A stretch of 64,000 nt of DNA from Myxococcota bacterium (GTDB taxonomy: Bacteria > Myxococcota_A > UBA9160 > SZUA-336): assembly GCA_965247115.1 (NCBI GenBank), contig CBDFGR010000003.1, positions 2,560,001 through 2,624,000 of the forward strand. The letters run 5' to 3'. Made by a program: the position numbers and the translations under genes. Below the pieces are notes generated by a model that was not told the DNA's origin, ran no database searches, and saw only the letters and a list, made by a program, of their open reading frames with translations. Shown here in pieces: positions 27,835-37,462 of the stretch. How positions within the stretch are numbered: position 1 is the first letter of the stretch; each line of letters begins with the position of its first letter.

Positions 27835-28194
27835 CTACGGCAAGATCACGAGCGGCATGATCGTTCTCCAGATCGGCCCATCCCGATGCGTAGAGATCGA
27901 TGTCCACTCCGGCGGGCTTTCAAAGGCGAGGGACACGGTCGAACCGTCGACCGGGTCCTTCCAGTCGAAGGGCTCCGCTCCCTCTTTCAGGGTCGTAATG
28001 AAGAACGTGTCGAAGGTGACGCGCTGCGGATTGGTCAGAACGATCGGGATCGAGACGGACTGAAGGACGACCGTCGCACGGCGCCTGGTCTTGAACGGCC
28101 CGACCGCAACGGGAGAGCGCAGGAGCGCAGACCTACGTGTATGGCGGAGTCCGAGGAAAGGACTCGGAGGTAGCGAGCCAGGCCACGCCGTCAC
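27835..28194 (-). CDS. Distal tail protein (gpM/Dit-like)
   Basis: WPGSLP...GPFKTRRR...TLKEGAEPFDWKDP; follows the tape measure gene. Confidence 0.75.
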   Translation of the reverse strand: MTAWPGSLPPSPFLGLRHTRRSALLRSPVAVGPFKTRRRATVVLQSVSIPIVLTNPQRVTFDTFFITTLKEGAEPFDWKDPVDGSTVSLAFESPPEWTSISTHRDGPIWRTIMPLVILP

Positions 28195-30899
28195 TAGCGT
28201 CTCGTTGCCCGCCGCGGCACGTCGAAGGCCTAATCCGTCGCCTGACCGAGCCTGCCGCTCTGCATGCTTCGGGAGGCGACGTTCTCGATCACGATCTCGA
28301 TGTCGCGGCCGAAGGCGGATTGGCGCTCTCGGACGGACTCTACGTCGACGGGCTGGCCGTTGTTGATGACCGTCACGTTGACACGCGATGTGCTCAGGCC
28401 GGAGCTCTCCAGCTGACCAAACTTCCGAGAGAGGGGAACGACGGCTTCGGGACCCTTCTCGCCGATGAGGGCCAGCGTCGGGCGCGTGACAAGGCCACCT
28501 TCGGCGAAGCCGAAGATCTTCTTGATCGCGCCGCCGATGCCCCCTCCACCGCTGGCCCCAGCAGTCGCACCAGCGCCCTGTCGGGCAACCCCAAACGCAC
28601 CGAGTACAGAATTGACGACGCCCTTTGCCAGCCGCTGAGCCGCGATCCGCTGGATACCCCTGAGGACACTCCCTACGAAGTCGGCGAACGCGTTCTCCCC
28701 CTTCTTGACGCTCACGATCAAGTCGGCAAAGGAGTCTTCGAAGGTCCGTGCGACGCGCGTGCCAGCATCCCCGAGCTCCGTCACCTTGTCCGTCGTCTCT
28801 TCGGTCTTAGGAACGACCGACTCGATAGCGGCCGTTGCGTCCTCTGCCATCTTGTCCAATGAGAAGGCGGCAGCATCTGCGACGGGAATCAGGTCCACGA
28901 TCGCGTCCTTCGCGCTCTTGATGGCGCCGACCAGGCCCTCCTGGATGCCCTTGGCTCCGCTCGAAACGAAGCCATCGATCTGGTCGAACGCGCTCTCGGC
29001 CCGCCCGGCGATGTCGTCGAACGCTCCCTCGACGCGAGAGAGGTGCACCTCCGCAATCTCGACTCCCCCGCCGATCTTCTCCGCGATCGCAGCCTTGATC
29101 TCATCGAACTTCTCTGCAAAGCCAGGAACGAACCGCCCGGCGATATCGAGGACTCTCTCGAACAGATCACGGAAGAAGCCGAGGACGTTGTCGATCAGCT
29201 TCCTCACGGGCTCGACGACAATCGTGTTGAACCTGTCGACGAGCCATTCGCGCACCACGGCGACGGTTTCAAAGACGACCTCCGCGACACTGCGGCCCCA
29301 TCCGGCGAAGGCCAGCGCCCAGTCCTTGAGCGTGTCGACCACGTTCGAAGCGACTCTGGAGATCGTGTCGCCGAACTCCGCCCACAGAGCCATCGCCACG
29401 CCAATAGCAATCGTGACGGGGTTGAAGGCGACTACGATTACGGCCGCAGTCTTGGCGACGCCCAGGATGGCAGAGACGACGGGGCCGAGGACCTCGACGA
29501 CCCGCGCAGCGACCGCGCTGATCTCATCTTTGAACAGTAGCCAGGCAGCGGTCAGACCGGCGACGGCACCCACGGCAAGCCAAACCGGGGTACTGATAAG
29601 AACGATCTTGGCGGCGATGAAAGCAAACGCGGTTCCTGCGGCAGAAGCGGCAAAGGCGGCCGCTGTCCCGATGGCGGCGAGGCCCGTCGCCATCAGCCCG
29701 AGCACGATCAGGACCGGCGGAATCACGATCGCGAGGCCTGCCGTGATCAGGACGACGCTCTGCATCTTGGGGCTCAACGATCGAAACTTCTCGGCGAGCT
29801 CCCCGGCAAGCTCCCCGAGTCGCTTCACTGCGGGGACCAGGATCGGAACCAGCACTTCGCCGAGGCGAATCGCCGCCACCTTCACGTTTGCGAGCGCCTG
29901 GCCGAGCTGGAACTTTGCAGTCGCGGCGAAGACCTCGAACGCCCTGTTTACGTCCTCGACCCCCGCAGTCCTCAAGCTCTCGAAGATCTCCTTCACCTTC
30001 TCAGCCTGATCTCCGATCAGCGCGAAGGCGCCGGTAGCCGCCCGGACGTTTCCGAAGATGGCGTTCATCGCGTCCGCGTTGTCTCCGAATGTCTCCTTGA
30101 GGGTGGTAAGGACCGCGAGCAGCCCCTCGCTCTGAATCTGATCGCGCAAGTCCTGAACGCTCAGACCCATCTGGGCGAGTGCCTCCTGCGCGTCGGTCGC
30201 AGGTGCATCGAGCGTAGTCAGCAGGGCCTTGAGAGATGTCACGGACAGCTCGGCACTCAGGCCGATACGTGTCATCCCCGCGAGCGCGGCGCCGACCTCG
30301 TTAAACGTGATGCCGACCTTTGAGGCGATCGGAAGAACCTGGCCGAGTGCGCCTGCCAGAGAATCCGCCTCGAGCTTGCCCTCTCGGATAGTCGCTACCA
30401 GGATGCCGACAGCATCTCCCGCGTTGAGATTCTGCGAGCGGAACGCGTTCATTGCGGAGGTCGCCGCGTCTGCGACCTGGGCCGTATCACCGAGCCCAGC
30501 ACCCGCCGCCTTGGCAGACACCGTGAGCGTCTCCATCGCCTCCGCACCACGCAGACCGGCCGACGTGATGAAGAACATTGCCTCTGCGAGTTCCTGCGGT
30601 CCCTTTCCAACCGCGGGAGCGAGCTGGAGGATCTGTTCCCGCCACTCCTGCACCTGGTCCCCGGCGACTCCCACTAGCCCAATGATCGTTGACAGAGTCG
30701 CGTCGAAGTCGACGGCGAACTTCGTCGCGACGACCCCCGCGCCGATCAGCGGCGCGCTCACCGCGAGCGTCATCTTCCGGCCGATCGACTCCATGCGCCG
30801 ACCGGCCTGCTCGATCTGCCGAGATGACGCGCGGAGACCCCGGGCAAACTGTCGCGTATCGAGCGAGAGGATCGCCTTCAGGACACCGACATCAGGCAT
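28194..30899 (-). CDS. Tail tape measure protein (TP901-like); in-frame TAG at 28230-28232, 12 codons before the likely ancestral stop
   Basis: Ala-rich helical repeats; frame continues AFDVPRRATRR to a TAG that overlaps the next GTG at 28194. Confidence 0.9.
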
Positions 30900-31167
30900 C
30901 GCGGTCTTTCCTCCTCAAGCCGAACCCGGAGAAGGCGCGCATCAGCTTCTCTTTCATCCGTTCTGCCTCAAAGGGCCGGCTTCGCCGGGGCATGAAGTCA
31001 TCGATCTCGAAGGCCGGCGACCCTTTCGCTCGGTGCGCGTTCGCATAGAGCGCCGCTTGGAGTGCGCTCCGGGACCACTCATCCCCGAAGGGCTCGAGGT
31101 CCCACATGGCCTGCCACTCCGTGAACTCAGACGCCGACACCCGTCGCCGGAGTTCGGCGACGGTCAT
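30892..31167 (-). CDS. Tail assembly chaperone, gpT-like (C-terminal part of a G-T fusion)
   Basis: LALALGMTVAEL...SASEFTEW...EPFG; frame is open back to the slippery site. Confidence 0.8.
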   Translation of the reverse strand: MTVAELRRRVSASEFTEWQAMWDLEPFGDEWSRSALQAALYANAHRAKGSPAFEIDDFMPRRSRPFEAERMKEKLMRAFSGFGLRRKDRDA

Positions 31168-31175
31168 CCCGAGGG

Positions 31176-31649
31176 CTAGGGCGAGCCGGAACTCGAATCG
31201 GGCGTCTCGGTAGAAGCGGAGCCTTTTCCCGCCTCGAGCTCTGCCTCCTTCGTCATGCCGGAGAGCTGTCGGACGACATTCGCGATCTTCTGGATCGCGT
31301 GCCCGCTCTTCTCTCCGAGCCGCGCGACCGCCTCTTCGGAGACCTCGCCAGTCGCCGCGTCCGAGAAGAGTGGGCGGCCGTCAGCGTCAATGGCCGCCAT
31401 CGCGACGATGCGCGCGTCCTGGTCCAGCGGTACGCGCACGCGGACAGTCTGGCCCTCGACCTCCTGATCCATCGAGATCCCGTCGCCCTCTTTCATCATC
31501 TCGGCCTGGATCTGCGATCGTTCGTACTGCGAGAGCTCGCGGACGAGCACGACGAGACCGTCCCACTCGTCGACCTTGACCTCCTCGCGCTTCAAGTCCT
31601 GGATGCCAAGGATTTGGTCGGCATCTGCATAGGTTCCATTCGGCTGCAT
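31176..31649 (-). CDS. Tail assembly chaperone, gpG-like
   Basis: VDEWDG.VLVRELS; located between tail tube and tape measure genes. Confidence 0.82.
   Translation of the reverse strand: MQPNGTYADADQILGIQDLKREEVKVDEWDGLVVLVRELSQYERSQIQAEMMKEGDGISMDQEVEGQTVRVRVPLDQDARIVAMAAIDADGRPLFSDAATGEVSEEAVARLGEKSGHAIQKIANVVRQLSGMTKEAELEAGKGSASTETPDSSSGSP
31224..31230 (-). promoter_or_regulatory. Programmed -1 frameshift slippery site G GGA AAA
   Basis: XXXYYYZ heptamer at Gly-Lys near the end of G; the -1 frame reads RLRFYRDARFEFRLALALGMTVAE. Confidence 0.85.
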
Positions 31650-31658
31650 GTCCGCTCC

Positions 31659-32090
31659 TTACGGTGTGAACGTCACGTCGCTGATCACCTTCAGCGTGAC
31701 CGCCGTACGCATTGCGCTCGCGGGATCCCCAGACGGGTTGAAGCTCGTGAGAATCGCAGCGAAGTCGAACTGGAACGCCCCGGCGTCGGGCAAGACGATC
31801 TTCCAGTTCTTCTTCCCCGCCTTCCAAGCAGAGATCAGCCCGGTGGACGAATCGTGAGTGGGATCGGCGGGCAGGAGGTTTACTTCAAACGTCAGTTCGC
31901 CTCCGTCGCTCGCGCCCTCGATGTAGTCCTTGAGCCCGGCCGAATCCATGTGCGTGACCTCGATCGTGTCGGTCGTCAGATTTGGCCCGCCCCAGGTCAC
32001 GACTTCCGCGACCTTGTTGAAAACCTCAGGCGTCGCGCCGTCTCCGAGCTTGACCTGAACTCCGACGCCACGGATCGCTGCTGTAGTCAT
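31659..32090 (-). CDS. Major tail tube protein
   Basis: LGDGATPEVF...GPNLTTDTIEVTHMDS...DGGELTFEVN. Confidence 0.88.
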   Translation of the reverse strand: MTTAAIRGVGVQVKLGDGATPEVFNKVAEVVTWGGPNLTTDTIEVTHMDSAGLKDYIEGASDGGELTFEVNLLPADPTHDSSTGLISAWKAGKKNWKIVLPDAGAFQFDFAAILTSFNPSGDPASAMRTAVTLKVISDVTFTP

Positions 32091-32103
32091 AGTTCACTCC
32101 CTC

Positions 32104-32454
32104 TTACGGGTTTGTCTGAAGATCAATGACGGCAAGCTTGAGCAGCACGTTGCTGACCGTGAGGGAAATCTTCCCCGTCCCAGCGGCCGCCCAGCCCGTG
32201 CGCTTGAACCTGAACATGGCAATCGCTCCCGCGGGGACGCTCCGGGCAGTGATGTCTTTCGTCCTGCTGAAGGTCGGGTCGGCGACACTGGTCACGGTAA
32301 TCGTGCGCGCAGCTACATCATCGTTCTTGACTAGGAGCAGGTCGTTGTCCCCCGCAACCCAGTCATCACCACCGAGGTCGCCTGCGGTTAAGGTGATGTC
32401 GGACCCCGCCACATCGAAGTGGGCGGGGAGAGACTGTTTTGTCAATGTCGGCAT
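32104..32454 (-). CDS. Virion-associated beta-sandwich protein; paralog of 27457..27822
   Basis: LLVKN...TITVTSVAD...SVPAG. Confidence 0.65.
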   Translation of the reverse strand: MPTLTKQSLPAHFDVAGSDITLTAGDLGGDDWVAGDNDLLLVKNDDVAARTITVTSVADPTFSRTKDITARSVPAGAIAMFRFKRTGWAAAGTGKISLTVSNVLLKLAVIDLQTNP

Positions 32455-32465
32455 GGGACGATCTC

Positions 32466-32921
32466 CTACGGCTGGCCAGCCACGCCCGCGATCGACGGGT
32501 CATTCGAGACGGTCTGGTATTCGAAGACGTATCGGAGCTGGGCACCGTAGATTCGATTGCGCGCGCCTTGCGTGGCATCGAAGACCGTCCGCTCCAAGGA
32601 CTGGTAGGTCGCAGGGCCGACTAGCCCATTGGCTATCGCCTTCTCGATCTCGAAGCGCATGAGATCGACGTTCTCACGGCTGTCGTCGATCGCTGTGATG
32701 AGCACGGTGAGATTGCGGGTCTCTCTGCGGGCAAGGATCGAGCCGTCCAGGTTCCGGACTTCAACGGGTTCGTCTTCGGGCTCCACGGAGATGGCAGGGA
32801 GTTCGTTGGAGCTGATTGCAACTGCCGTATCCTCGAAGGGATCCTGCGCCAGTACGACGGTCTCCAACGCTTTGACTCGAACGATTACCTCAAGGAGGAT
32901 CGCTCTCCCCGCGTGAGTCAA
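32466..32921 (-). CDS. Tail terminator-like protein
   Basis: ELPAISV motif; position in module. Confidence 0.6.
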   Translation of the reverse strand: MTHAGRAILLEVIVRVKALETVVLAQDPFEDTAVAISSNELPAISVEPEDEPVEVRNLDGSILARRETRNLTVLITAIDDSRENVDLMRFEIEKAIANGLVGPATYQSLERTVFDATQGARNRIYGAQLRYVFEYQTVSNDPSIAGVAGQP

Positions 32922-33235
32922 GGCTTGAGCTCCAAGACCAGGACGACGACGCCTTTGTCGTTCGGACCTTCGATCTCAACGACCCGGTACGTCTTGGCCC
33001 GGATCAGGACCTCGGCATTGCGCACGGGTGGCGCGGCTAGGTCTGCGACGATGACATGCACCGCCGCTCGAAGCGTATTGATGGGAACATCGCCCACATC
33101 CGCCAGTTCGTGCTCTTCGCGGAAGATGCCCGTGATCGACTCGGCGGACGCGCTCGGGGCTGTGTAGACCACGGGTTCGCCGAACTTCGCTTGGCCCGCT
33201 TTATTCAGCTTCTTGACGAGGTCGGACCATGCCAT
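32918..33235 (-). CDS. Head-tail joining protein (gpFII-like)
   Basis: FGEPVVY...ITGIF...YRVVEI. Confidence 0.7.
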   Translation of the reverse strand: MAWSDLVKKLNKAGQAKFGEPVVYTAPSASAESITGIFREEHELADVGDVPINTLRAAVHVIVADLAAPPVRNAEVLIRAKTYRVVEIEGPNDKGVVVLVLELKP

Positions 33236-33743
33236 GCTGGTGGCGCTCCGTCGCGTTGATTGCGATCGAGATCCGCTCTTCCCCGCCGAGGTATTCGGAC
33301 AGCTCGTGGTTCAGGTCGCCGGGGAAGAACACGCACAGTCCATCCTCGGTCTCGACCTCATGTTCTATGTCAGGAAACGAGAGCGGAGAGTCATCCCCTG
33401 CCTTCACGTAGTGGACGGCGACCCAGTCAGCCTGATGGTGGTCGTGAAGTGCAACAGTCCCGCCCGGTGGAAGCACATTGAACCAGAGCTCGAACTCCCA
33501 TACCCGCGACTGCGGGACGATCTCCAGGAGGCAATCGGATACGAAGTCGACCAGTTCCGTCACAGCCTTCGAGTCCCATTCCTCTGGCGACTTCTTCCGG
33601 GAGTTCCAGCCCGCCGACTGAGTACCGAGCCTCGATGCGGGCGAGGCCTCCCGCTCTCGCGCTGCGACTTGGAGGAGCTCGGCGCGCTGGGCGCCTGCCT
33701 CTTCCCAGAGATCGGGTGTGACGTCGATAGTCGTCTCTCTCAC
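33201..33743 (-). CDS. Putative 2OG-Fe(II) oxygenase (TIGR02466-like)
   Basis: GWNS, WFNV..PGG...HDH...VHYV...FFPG.L.H...RISIAIN. Confidence 0.78.
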   Translation of the reverse strand: MRETTIDVTPDLWEEAGAQRAELLQVAAREREASPASRLGTQSAGWNSRKKSPEEWDSKAVTELVDFVSDCLLEIVPQSRVWEFELWFNVLPPGGTVALHDHHQADWVAVHYVKAGDDSPLSFPDIEHEVETEDGLCVFFPGDLNHELSEYLGGEERISIAINATERHQHGMVRPRQEAE

Positions 33744-34384
33744 TTTCCTAACCTCAACTTCTCGAACTCGCGGCGGACCTTCGCAGGGAAGACCTCGCGG
33801 GCCTTGCGGAACGCGACCTCGAAGAACTTGAAGGTCGAGGACACCTTGGCGCGACGCGTGAGCGCGAAAAGCACGCGCACCTTCTGCCGCCTACGCCGGC
33901 CCTGGCGCTGCAGGATTGCCTTTCTGCTCTGGCTGACGAATCCCCTACCACCCGGCTTCACGACCTCAGAAGGCCTCTGCCGCTTGGGGACCTTGCCACG
34001 AACGCCGCGCTTCGCCTCGACTGGGATCGCAAGCTGATCCCCGAACGACAGCCGCTCTCCTTCGGCCGCGCCGAACACCTCTCCGCTGAAGTGATCCTCG
34101 AGGATCTTGCCCGTCTTCTCCCGCGGGAAGATCTCGACTTGCTGCCGGGTCGGCGTCGCCTTCTTGAAACGGAAGCCACGGTCTGCGAGGAACTTCTTCG
34201 TGCTCGGGCCGGCGAAGTTGAAGATCCGCCCTACATGCTCCCGCTCGGCCTCGAGAACCTCAAATGCCGTACGATTGAGCGCTCCCGCCGAGACTTTCGG
34301 GACTCCTGTTCGACGAAGGTCCCTCAGGGCTCGCTGGACTTCTCGGTCGTCGAAGAAGACCGCGCTGGGATGAGCTGTTGCCAT
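33740..34384 (-). CDS. Tail completion protein (gpZ-like, basic)
   Basis: ALNRTA motif; Arg/Lys rich; follows the capsid gene. Confidence 0.6.
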   Translation of the reverse strand: MATAHPSAVFFDDREVQRALRDLRRTGVPKVSAGALNRTAFEVLEAEREHVGRIFNFAGPSTKKFLADRGFRFKKATPTRQQVEIFPREKTGKILEDHFSGEVFGAAEGERLSFGDQLAIPVEAKRGVRGKVPKRQRPSEVVKPGGRGFVSQSRKAILQRQGRRRRQKVRVLFALTRRAKVSSTFKFFEVAFRKAREVFPAKVRREFEKLRLGK

Positions 34385-34404
34385 CCTCGATCCTCCCGAC
34401 AGCC

Positions 34405-34424
34405 CGGGGCGGCGAACCGCCCCG
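34405..34424 (-). terminator. GC hairpin with UUCG tetraloop after the capsid gene (terminator or stabiliser)
   Basis: CGGGGCGG-TTCG-CCGCCCCG, 11 nt after the stop; no U-tract. Confidence 0.5.
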
Positions 34425-34435
34425 AACTTCGCCGA

Positions 34436-35488
34436 TCAGGTACGTCGAGCGGGAACCAGGATGCGCGGCCGCGTGCAGATGCAGATCGGATGGGATTGCA
34501 CCCGATACGTGCGCCGCGAATCGTTGTCCTGGTTCTCCGGGTTCGGCCGAACGTAGCGCGGCAGCCCCAGCGTGTTGACGGTGTCCCAGTACTCAGCGGG
34601 CGCGTAGGCAGTGACGAACGCCTCAGGCACCCCGAGCGGCAGGAGGTGCGCCTTGTTGTTGGCGACGTACTGCGTCCCCCCAACGGAGCCGCGATACTCC
34701 TCCCAGGTGATCCCGCCGAACTGCAGCTGCATCAGCGGCTGGCCGTTCGTCGCAGTTCCCACGCCTCGCTCGCGAAGACTTAGTGCGGCCGGGAAGTTCT
34801 TGACTGTTTCGCGCACCTCGGGATGGGCGATCAGGTCGTCGAAGAACTGAGAGCTACACATCCCATGGATGCTCGTGTACGGGAGACCCCCGAGCTCGTC
34901 ACGGATCTTCCGCTCCTGGGCCGCACACAGCTTCCGCAGCGCTCCACTTGCTGGTGTGGCGTTGTCCAGGTCGAAGTCCACTTCGGTCTGCGCGACCACG
35001 TTGAACGCCTCGAACAGGTCGAGGATCGTGCTCCCATCGGCATCGAGAACCGTACCCTTGATGGCGCCGATGCGGAGATGCTCGATCGTCGCCTCCACCG
35101 AGTTCGACATCCGCAGCGTTCGCCGGTTCACCTCCGATTCCAACGAGGAGAGGCCGTCCTCGGATCCGAACTCGCGGACATCCTGCACCTCGTCGGCGTT
35201 GACCGTGTCCTCCATTGCGATCCGGACGGTCTTGATGTCGGTGAGCGTACGTGGATCCCGGATGTTCTGGATCCCGGGCCCTCCGCGAGGCGTCGACTGG
35301 ACGATGATGAGGGTGTTCCCCCGCTGCTCGACAGAGAGGGTGATCGTGGAGATCGGGCGCGAATCGAAGAGCACCAACTCCCCCAGCCGCATCGGAATAT
35401 GCGGCTGGTCCAGAAGTCGCGCAGTGAGGCTGCGCATCGTGAATGCACGGCTTGCCGCCGAGGCTGCAAAGACATCCGCTCCAGGCAT
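34436..35488 (-). CDS. Major capsid protein (lambda gpE family)
   Basis: FTMRSLT...TIEHLRIGAIKG.VLDADG...YAPA...VNTLGLP...QSHPICICTRP. Confidence 0.93.
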   Translation of the reverse strand: MPGADVFAASAASRAFTMRSLTARLLDQPHIPMRLGELVLFDSRPISTITLSVEQRGNTLIIVQSTPRGGPGIQNIRDPRTLTDIKTVRIAMEDTVNADEVQDVREFGSEDGLSSLESEVNRRTLRMSNSVEATIEHLRIGAIKGTVLDADGSTILDLFEAFNVVAQTEVDFDLDNATPASGALRKLCAAQERKIRDELGGLPYTSIHGMCSSQFFDDLIAHPEVRETVKNFPAALSLRERGVGTATNGQPLMQLQFGGITWEEYRGSVGGTQYVANNKAHLLPLGVPEAFVTAYAPAEYWDTVNTLGLPRYVRPNPENQDNDSRRTYRVQSHPICICTRPRILVPARRT

Positions 35489-35511
35489 CGTTTGCTCCTT
35501 TCTCCGCTACT

Positions 35512-36171
35512 TCAGCGGACGATGATGCCCAGCTTCTGGAGCTGGGCCTCCGCCTCGACTTGCTCGGCGGCGGTGATGTCGGATGGCCACACGAGCTCCG
35601 ACTGGTTGAGCTCACAGTCCCGGACGAAGACTACGCCCTGGATGTCCACGGCATCCGGCGCGACCTGATCGTCGCGCATGATCCCATCGACGAACTGCTT
35701 GACCGTGGTGAGATCCTGGTCGAACCCGACCCACTTCGTGGCGCCCTCCGTGACGGTGATCGTGAAGGCGTCGCCGGCTGCGAAGTCCGTTGCCCCGTCC
35801 GCGAGCGTGAAGCTCAGATGAAGGCTCGAGAACGCCGCAGCCACGGTGACGACTCCGATCACCATCCCATCGGGATCGGTGAGCAGGAACGCGCCGGCGT
35901 TCTCCGCCGGTTCGATGCAGACGAGGTCATACACACCGATCTTCGCCCGCGCACCGACCGTGATCTCGCCCATCGCTCCGTCGCCAGTGTTCCCGGCTAC
36001 CGCGACGGCGACTCCCGTGCCGGCGAAGACCTTGGACATCGCCTGGCCTGCGACGAGAGAGCGATCGGCCCCGGAGCCGCCCTGGATCGTCACCTGATCC
36101 CTGGAGCGGTTGCCCGGCGCCTCGGAGACGACGAATGCAACCGCGTGCTGGAGTTCGGTTTGCCGTGCCAC
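35512..36171 (-). CDS. Head decoration protein (gpD-like) with an inserted domain
   Basis: FVVSEAPGNRSRD N-terminus and L..LGIIVR C-terminus flank a ~90-aa insert (DGATDFAAGDAFTITV). Confidence 0.8.
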   Translation of the reverse strand: MARQTELQHAVAFVVSEAPGNRSRDQVTIQGGSGADRSLVAGQAMSKVFAGTGVAVAVAGNTGDGAMGEITVGARAKIGVYDLVCIEPAENAGAFLLTDPDGMVIGVVTVAAAFSSLHLSFTLADGATDFAAGDAFTITVTEGATKWVGFDQDLTTVKQFVDGIMRDDQVAPDAVDIQGVVFVRDCELNQSELVWPSDITAAEQVEAEAQLQKLGIIVR

Positions 36172-36172
36172 G

Positions 36173-37462
36173 TCAGCCTCCCTTCACCACACCCGTACGG
36201 AACGACTGCGAGTCGTTCCATCGGGCGTAGATCCCCTGAGTGTTGATCTCGGCCTCGGGCTCGTCGTCTCGAGCTCGGTGATGCCCGTGGACCTCCGGCT
36301 CGGACTCGCCTCCGCGGTCTTCGAACAGCGTCTTCCCGACCTGCTCGGCCGTGAGTTCGGTATCGAGAAACTCACCGAACCTCTCCGGGTAGCCCGCGAG
36401 GTCGCAGGCCATCCGGATCGCGGATGCACGCTCTTTCGCGGAGGCCTCCGCCGCTGCGCGACCTTCCTTCCGCGCATCTTCGATGCTGATCACCGTTGCC
36501 TGTTGCTCGCCTGCAGGGGCCGGCACCTGTGGGCCCCCTTCAGGCTGCTTCTGATCGGTCATTCTGCCGTCCCCTCTGACGGGCGTGAGCCCGCTGATGG
36601 TGAGCGCGGGTCGCTTGGAGACCATCTCCTTGAACTCCGCGAACACCTGATCAAATGTCGACTCGCCGTCGGCGAATCCCACGTCGGCGCCGTTGGCACC
36701 GCCGAAGTACATTGCCACCTCGGTGTCGCGCACCGCCTTCGGGGCCATGTCGCGATTGCGTGCAACGGCCGCGACGAAGATCTCTCGAAGCCGATCGACC
36801 TCCGCCTGAACCGACGCGCGCGCATCGCTCGTGAGCGGCTTCGAGTCGCTCAGGTCCGCCTTGTGCGCGCCCGAGGAGATCTCCGTGATCGTCACTCCCA
36901 GCCGCTCGTCCATCTTGCTGAACTCGACGTGGACAGCGATCACACCGACACTTCCGACGCCCCCAGTCCGAGTGACAAGGATCCGCTCCGCCGAACTCGC
37001 GAGCGCGTAGGCTGCGGAGAAGGCATCGTCGTTCGCGATGGCCCAGATGGGTTTGATGCTGCGCGCCTCAAAGATCTCGTCGGCCAGGTCGAAGGTCCCA
37101 GCGACCTGCCCGCCTGGGCTGGCGACATCGAGCAGGATCCCCTTGACGTCGCCGCGCCCGATCGCCTGCTTGAGCTTCTCCTTCAGGCGGCTGAGCCTGA
37201 ATCCGAAGAGCGCGCCCTGGATCGGTACGACCGCAATGCCCTCCCGGATCTCGAGCGACCCTGGCTCGCTCTCGAAGAGGAAGGAGAAGGCCTTGGGGTT
37301 GAATCCCGTGGCGCTGCGCAGCGTCGCAACGAGCGGCTCCGTCCGCGATCGCTCCATGAGCAGCGGCACGTTGCAGAGTCGGGAGGCGACTTCGGGCAGG
37401 TGGATCTCCGCAACCGACGCCTCGGCCCCGGTCGTGCCTTCACTCTGGATCGTCTCTTCCAT
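36173..37462 (-). CDS. S49 capsid maturation protease (gpC-like), with a nested scaffold (Nu3-like) likely starting at 36562
   Basis: DVASPGG, SAAYALAS, GSVGV, GAHK; internal SD + ATG (MTDQKQP). Confidence 0.9.
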   Translation of the reverse strand: MEETIQSEGTTGAEASVAEIHLPEVASRLCNVPLLMERSRTEPLVATLRSATGFNPKAFSFLFESEPGSLEIREGIAVVPIQGALFGFRLSRLKEKLKQAIGRGDVKGILLDVASPGGQVAGTFDLADEIFEARSIKPIWAIANDDAFSAAYALASSAERILVTRTGGVGSVGVIAVHVEFSKMDERLGVTITEISSGAHKADLSDSKPLTSDARASVQAEVDRLREIFVAAVARNRDMAPKAVRDTEVAMYFGGANGADVGFADGESTFDQVFAEFKEMVSKRPALTISGLTPVRGDGRMTDQKQPEGGPQVPAPAGEQQATVISIEDARKEGRAAAEASAKERASAIRMACDLAGYPERFGEFLDTELTAEQVGKTLFEDRGGESEPEVHGHHRARDDEPEAEINTQGIYARWNDSQSFRTGVVKGG

